Source: an uncultured Fibrobacterota bacterium (GTDB taxonomy: Bacteria; Fibrobacterota; Chitinivibrionia; Chitinivibrionales; FEN-1185). Taken from it: a DNA stretch of 64,000 nucleotides. A program made the position numbers and the translations under genes. This document shows, piece by piece, positions 60,304-64,000 of the stretch (positions are counted from its first letter, which is position 1; every line of letters begins with the position of its first letter). The notes under the pieces were generated by a model. That model saw only the letters and a program-made list of their open reading frames with translations, did not search any database and was not told the DNA's origin. The stretch is taken from positions 32,001 through 96,000 of the forward strand of contig CAVWBU010000021.1 of the NCBI GenBank assembly GCA_963753345.1. The letters run 5' to 3'.

Positions 60304-61641
60304 TTAATAGAGGTCATCGGTTGAAGTTTTTGTCGCCAGCATCTCAAGAAAGGCCTCGATTCGGGTCTTCATCTGACCGCTGTCTTCGCGGCTGTATTCC
60401 GTATCGAGGTAGTATATCGGAATGTGCTCTTTTTCGAACAGACGCTTGAGGCGCAGATATTCCATGGCATACAGATGACAACCGCGTATGACATGATAGA
60501 TCACGCCGCTGATCTTGTAGTCCTTTACCAGGGTTTGCAGCTTGTCGATCCTGTCCTGGTTCCCGTCTTCCGAGGTGAAACAGGGGCAGGTGCACGGCAG
60601 AATATATCGTTCCGCAATTGCCTTCAGCATATCACCGGCTGACCCTTCATCAACCCCTACGGGATCGTAGAATATCCGGTCGCCGGAGCAGAATTCATCC
60701 GCAACAATCAAACCCTGCGGTTTTGATTCTTCAATCAGATTGGGAATTTTCCAGCAATCCGGCCAAATCATCGGAGAACCGGTGAGGAGAATCCTTGGTG
60801 TGTCCAGCGGAGCAACGTATGCCTTTTCGGCAGCTTTCTTTTCGAGTTCGTCACAAAGCTGGTTGGTCTTTTCCGTCCATCTCGCAAGATCGTCAAAATA
60901 GCTCATCTGGTCCACCAGCATCGCATCCCTTCCGGAAATGAGAGGAGCGCCTTTCCGTAAATCCAGTAATCGGCGAGATGCCGCTGTTGCCGCCAGGGTC
61001 GTTTTTATTGCAGTACGCATTGCTTTTCTGGTTATCGATTTGCCCGTGAGCTTTTCTATCTTTTCCTTTACCTCTTTTACCTGGTCCAGCCAATAGCGTT
61101 TCGCCTGCGGAGTATCCTTTACTCTGGGCACATTCATCTCCCATACGGGAAACGCATCGGTCAAAATCTCGCACACCTTTGTCTTTCCGTCGCACGTATT
61201 CGGGGAGATGATGACGTCACACATTTCAAGATAGGGATACAGATCCGCCATTGCCAGACCGATCATGGATCTGACGACGGGGCAGACCTCCACCGGAACG
61301 ATTCTATCGCCTATCTTGCTCGGCGTGTAGAATCCCGAATCAATGCGAACAGGAATGGCGCCTGCGGCCAGGATAAGTTCAACGGGCGCCAACATGCAGG
61401 CAAAGCCGATCACCTTGCCTCCCTGCGCTTTAAAATCACGGATTTCTTTTTCCCTTTGGCCGAAAAAATCCGCCGCCTGGTCGAAATATTCCATGGCTTT
61501 GGGCCGGTTCGGGACAAGTCTCATCTTCTCAATATTTTCAGCGACGGTCTTCTGAACACCGGCCTTGAATGCCTTTTGCAGCTCGTCCTTCTCTTCTGGG
61601 GCAAGCGTAGGAAGATATTTTGGATCGTTGTTGGTTTTCAC
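60304..61641 (-). CDS. 2-hydroxyacyl-CoA dehydratase family protein, double-cubane-cluster (DCCP/YjiM) type
   Basis: GFAC, VCP, TCDGK, EFCSG, CTCPCF, GCHLY Cys pattern; TEYS..D.GQ.KTRIEAFLE. Confidence 0.82.
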   Translation of the reverse strand: MKTNNDPKYLPTLAPEEKDELQKAFKAGVQKTVAENIEKMRLVPNRPKAMEYFDQAADFFGQREKEIRDFKAQGGKVIGFACMLAPVELILAAGAIPVRIDSGFYTPSKIGDRIVPVEVCPVVRSMIGLAMADLYPYLEMCDVIISPNTCDGKTKVCEILTDAFPVWEMNVPRVKDTPQAKRYWLDQVKEVKEKIEKLTGKSITRKAMRTAIKTTLAATAASRRLLDLRKGAPLISGRDAMLVDQMSYFDDLARWTEKTNQLCDELEKKAAEKAYVAPLDTPRILLTGSPMIWPDCWKIPNLIEESKPQGLIVADEFCSGDRIFYDPVGVDEGSAGDMLKAIAERYILPCTCPCFTSEDGNQDRIDKLQTLVKDYKISGVIYHVIRGCHLYAMEYLRLKRLFEKEHIPIYYLDTEYSREDSGQMKTRIEAFLEMLATKTSTDDLY

Positions 61642-62640
61642 CGAGACTTCTCCTTTTGCAATTTAGGTACTTTCACCGCACTTGACTGTAAAAATCTCTT
61701 GTATTTTGACCGAGCGATCGGAAACTTAAAGAGACCGACTTTCAATGCGTCTTTCTCCGGGCACATTTCAACACAGCGGAAACATAAGGTACAATCAGAG
61801 GAGGCTATCTTCTCTTTCTCTTTTTCTTCGTACACCTCCGTGACCTGTACGGGGCAGCTCCTTTGGCAAACACCGCACTTGGTACAGCGTTTCCCTTCCT
61901 TGCGCAGTGAAAGAAAAGAAAACCTGTTGAATAATCCGAGGACAGCCCCCATGGGACAAAGCCTGCACCACATCCTTCGTATAAAAGAGGTGGTGAGCAG
62001 ATAAAAAATAAAAACGCCAATTGCCAGGTAGGACATCACGGTGGACAAGGAACTGATGGTATCCACCGTCAACATTTCCTTGAATCTTCCTTCAACAAAA
62101 GGGGAAGATTTGCTTGCTCGGGCAGATTTGACAAAAAGGGGTAATGAGGTCGGCTTGATAGGCCTTTAAGAAAAAATGCGGAATACCAATGCCCACAGCG
62201 ATACAAACGAGGGCAATTACAAAGAACCATTTAACAAATACTGATGACAGTTTCAAATTATCCGATAAGTTGTAATAGCCTATTCTCAGATATTTTCGAA
62301 TGCGGATGAACAAATCCTGTACGAATCCCAACGGGCAGACCCAGGAGCACCATGCGCGCCCAAAGATCAAGCCGAGAATTATCAAGAGTAGTAAAGGGGC
62401 GAGCAAATCGATATAATGGGTCTTCCACCCTGCGGCAAACCCCTCCTGCAGGGAACGTAAAAAGCATTGGGCTATCCGGTGATTTGTATAGTAACAGCTC
62501 AACGTGGGAATTACCAGGGTGATGCTTTTCCACGCGATCTCTCTTACCCCCAAATAGCCAAGGTAAACAATAAGGAAGAAAAAGATTACCTGAGCAGCAA
62601 ATTTCAACCTTGTTATTTTAAGCATATCAGTTACCGCCAT
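61638..62640 (-). pseudogene. Membrane 4Fe-4S protein (NapH/MauN/FixG-like) split by a 1-nt frameshift
   Basis: GRAWCSWVCPLG, FCQICP in 62092..62640; WCRLCPMGA, CTKCGVCQRSCP, CTLCFRCVEMCP in 61638..62075; one extra T in CCCCTTTT. Confidence 0.78.
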
Positions 62641-63553
62641 TCAGGAAGAAATCATCTATCATTGTTGCATCCTTATCCACCCGCGGGGTGGGGAAGCCGA
62701 GAATCTTGCCCACCGTCGGGCAGACATTAATCTGTCGCCATTTGTTTTCCGTCGAATAATTTTTCTTGATATCGGGACCTAACGCCACTATAACCAGATA
62801 CCTTTTACATTCGTCATCACAATCCTGCTGCAAAAGAATATCGCCATGGTCATTGAGAAAGAAAAAATCCGTTTTATCCTTGTAGACCGGATCCGCCTGG
62901 ACCGCCATCCAGATTCTGTATATGTGATCATCCATCTCCTTGAGCTGCCTCCGATAGCGGACCATATCTTCCGGCACCTGCTTCTTGTTAAAGCTGTGTG
63001 CGCCGCCCAGAATGACAAAGACAAGCTGGGGATGGTTCGCTTTCATATATGCGGTGAGTTTGGTATAGAGTTCTTCATCATTGTTTTTTTCTTTTGTGAA
63101 TTCGGCGGTGGCGCCAAAATTTTCACCATACTCTTCACTGTTGCTGTACGTCAGGAAATTAAGCTCTTGCTTGCTGGTGATGAAATAGCATGATTTCTTG
63201 TCCTTCCCCAGGCCTTTACGAAAGTACTCAAATATAGTAGGTTGATCCGGAATGTCATCCTGGTTTGAACGCCGGAGATCTTTCCAGGAACCGGTGATTA
63301 TGGCCAGATGAACCAGGGCCATGTAGGAAGGATTCCCATAGAAGGTGACACAGCGACTGGCGTTCGGAACCATGTCGTTCCAGAGATGAGGCACATATTG
63401 GTGGGTCTTGTCGCCAAAGGATTCATCATGCCGGAATTGGTCGCCGACTACAATAAAAACATTCTTCGCTTTAAACTCGCCATATGCATAATTTCCATTT
63501 ATAAGAAGAAAAGGCAATAGTAAAAGTAAAAAGCGTTTGATCGTCACCCTCAT
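62627..63553 (-). CDS. Exported alkaline-phosphatase-superfamily protein
   Basis: NVFIVVGDQFR, AIITG, PTIFEY, LNDHG, ALGPDIK; paralog of 53802..54794. Confidence 0.72.
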   Translation of the reverse strand: MRVTIKRFLLLLLPFLLINGNYAYGEFKAKNVFIVVGDQFRHDESFGDKTHQYVPHLWNDMVPNASRCVTFYGNPSYMALVHLAIITGSWKDLRRSNQDDIPDQPTIFEYFRKGLGKDKKSCYFITSKQELNFLTYSNSEEYGENFGATAEFTKEKNNDEELYTKLTAYMKANHPQLVFVILGGAHSFNKKQVPEDMVRYRRQLKEMDDHIYRIWMAVQADPVYKDKTDFFFLNDHGDILLQQDCDDECKRYLVIVALGPDIKKNYSTENKWRQINVCPTVGKILGFPTPRVDKDATMIDDFFLNGGN

Positions 63554-64000
63554 TTCTTTCCCTTCTGCTGTTGATTGGTTTTTACTGCCAGCGGGATGAA
63601 TGCCGGTCTATGATATTTTTCTATGCCGAACTCGCCGATGTATTTCTGAACGTCGGGAGAAGTCAAAAAGCCGATGAACTGCATCGCCGTCACATAATTC
63701 GCTTTTGGGAATCTCTCAGGATTTATCGCCATGACGTCGTAATTCGTGAACAGTTTCGTGGTATCCTCCACCATGACCGCCAGATCGATCGTCTCCAGCA
63801 TCTCTTTGTAAGAAGCCCATTGGGAAATAGTGTAGGCCTTTTTCCTCGCAGCAATGTTCAATGTCTCCGAGGTCCCTACCTTGGTCTTGATATACCAGTC
63901 ACCCTCGGGGTTTATTTTGGCCATCTTCCACATCCTCATTTCCAAACCGTGGGTGCCGGATGAATCCGCCCGTGAACAAAAGTTTGATTTTGTTGCAGCG
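63550..64000 (-). CDS. TupA-like substrate-binding protein paralog (5' end outside the window)
   Basis: FCSRADSSGTHGLE, EDTTKLFTNYDVMAINP; close match to the C-terminal half of 19634..20509. Confidence 0.85.
   Translation of the reverse strand, partial: AATKSNFCSRADSSGTHGLEMRMWKMAKINPEGDWYIKTKVGTSETLNIAARKKAYTISQWASYKEMLETIDLAVMVEDTTKLFTNYDVMAINPERFPKANYVTAMQFIGFLTSPDVQKYIGEFGIEKYHRPAFIPLAVKTNQQQKGKK

Noticed and set aside
57173-61641. Bona fide bzd-type benzoyl-CoA reductase
   Set aside because: Only one HAD-family subunit, with a DCCP-type Cys pattern; no BzdN/BzdO pair, CoA ligase or ring-cleavage genes in the window.
62092-62094. Selenocysteine UGA after ...PFC
   Set aside because: In-frame readthrough gives no family motifs; the conserved Cys motifs continue in a different frame, so this is a frameshift.

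Overview
Bacterial window, probably from an anaerobic Fibrobacterota (Chitinivibrionales-like) genome. This is inferred from a FISUMP-domain protein and several secreted proteins with T9SS-like C-terminal domains. From left to right: (1) a VIT-like secreted protein, an Fe3+/thiamine-type ABC transporter and a MarR-DHA2 efflux pair; (2) a decayed island at tRNA-Ser(CGA), with a truncated tyrosine integrase and an interrupted second copy of the tRNA 5' half; (3) a ~21 kb Mo/W acquisition cluster (modE, modD, TSUP, fmdE, type II ABC, exbBD-tonB, xdhC, 2x DUF364, TonB receptor, SBP, methyltransferases, Cys-substituted TupA-like SBP, porin, modA-TOBE-modB-modC) with three ModE boxes; (4) a sigma54/bEBP-linked thiol-redox operon with a probable FmdB selenoprotein; (5) secreted repeat and Cys-rich proteins, one behind a fourth, perfect ModE box; (6) a >10 kb operon joining a double-cubane-cluster (DCCP-type) reductase to a fused BzdP-BzdQ-like ATPase activator, a BzdM-like ferredoxin, a flavin-less BzdV-like protein, a membrane Fe-S protein, a TupA paralog and periplasmic proteins. 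A two-hairpin IS200/IS605-like miniature element (~114 bp net) occurs five times, twice in frame inside signal-peptide N-termini. All family assignments come from motif recognition by eye; no searches were run.
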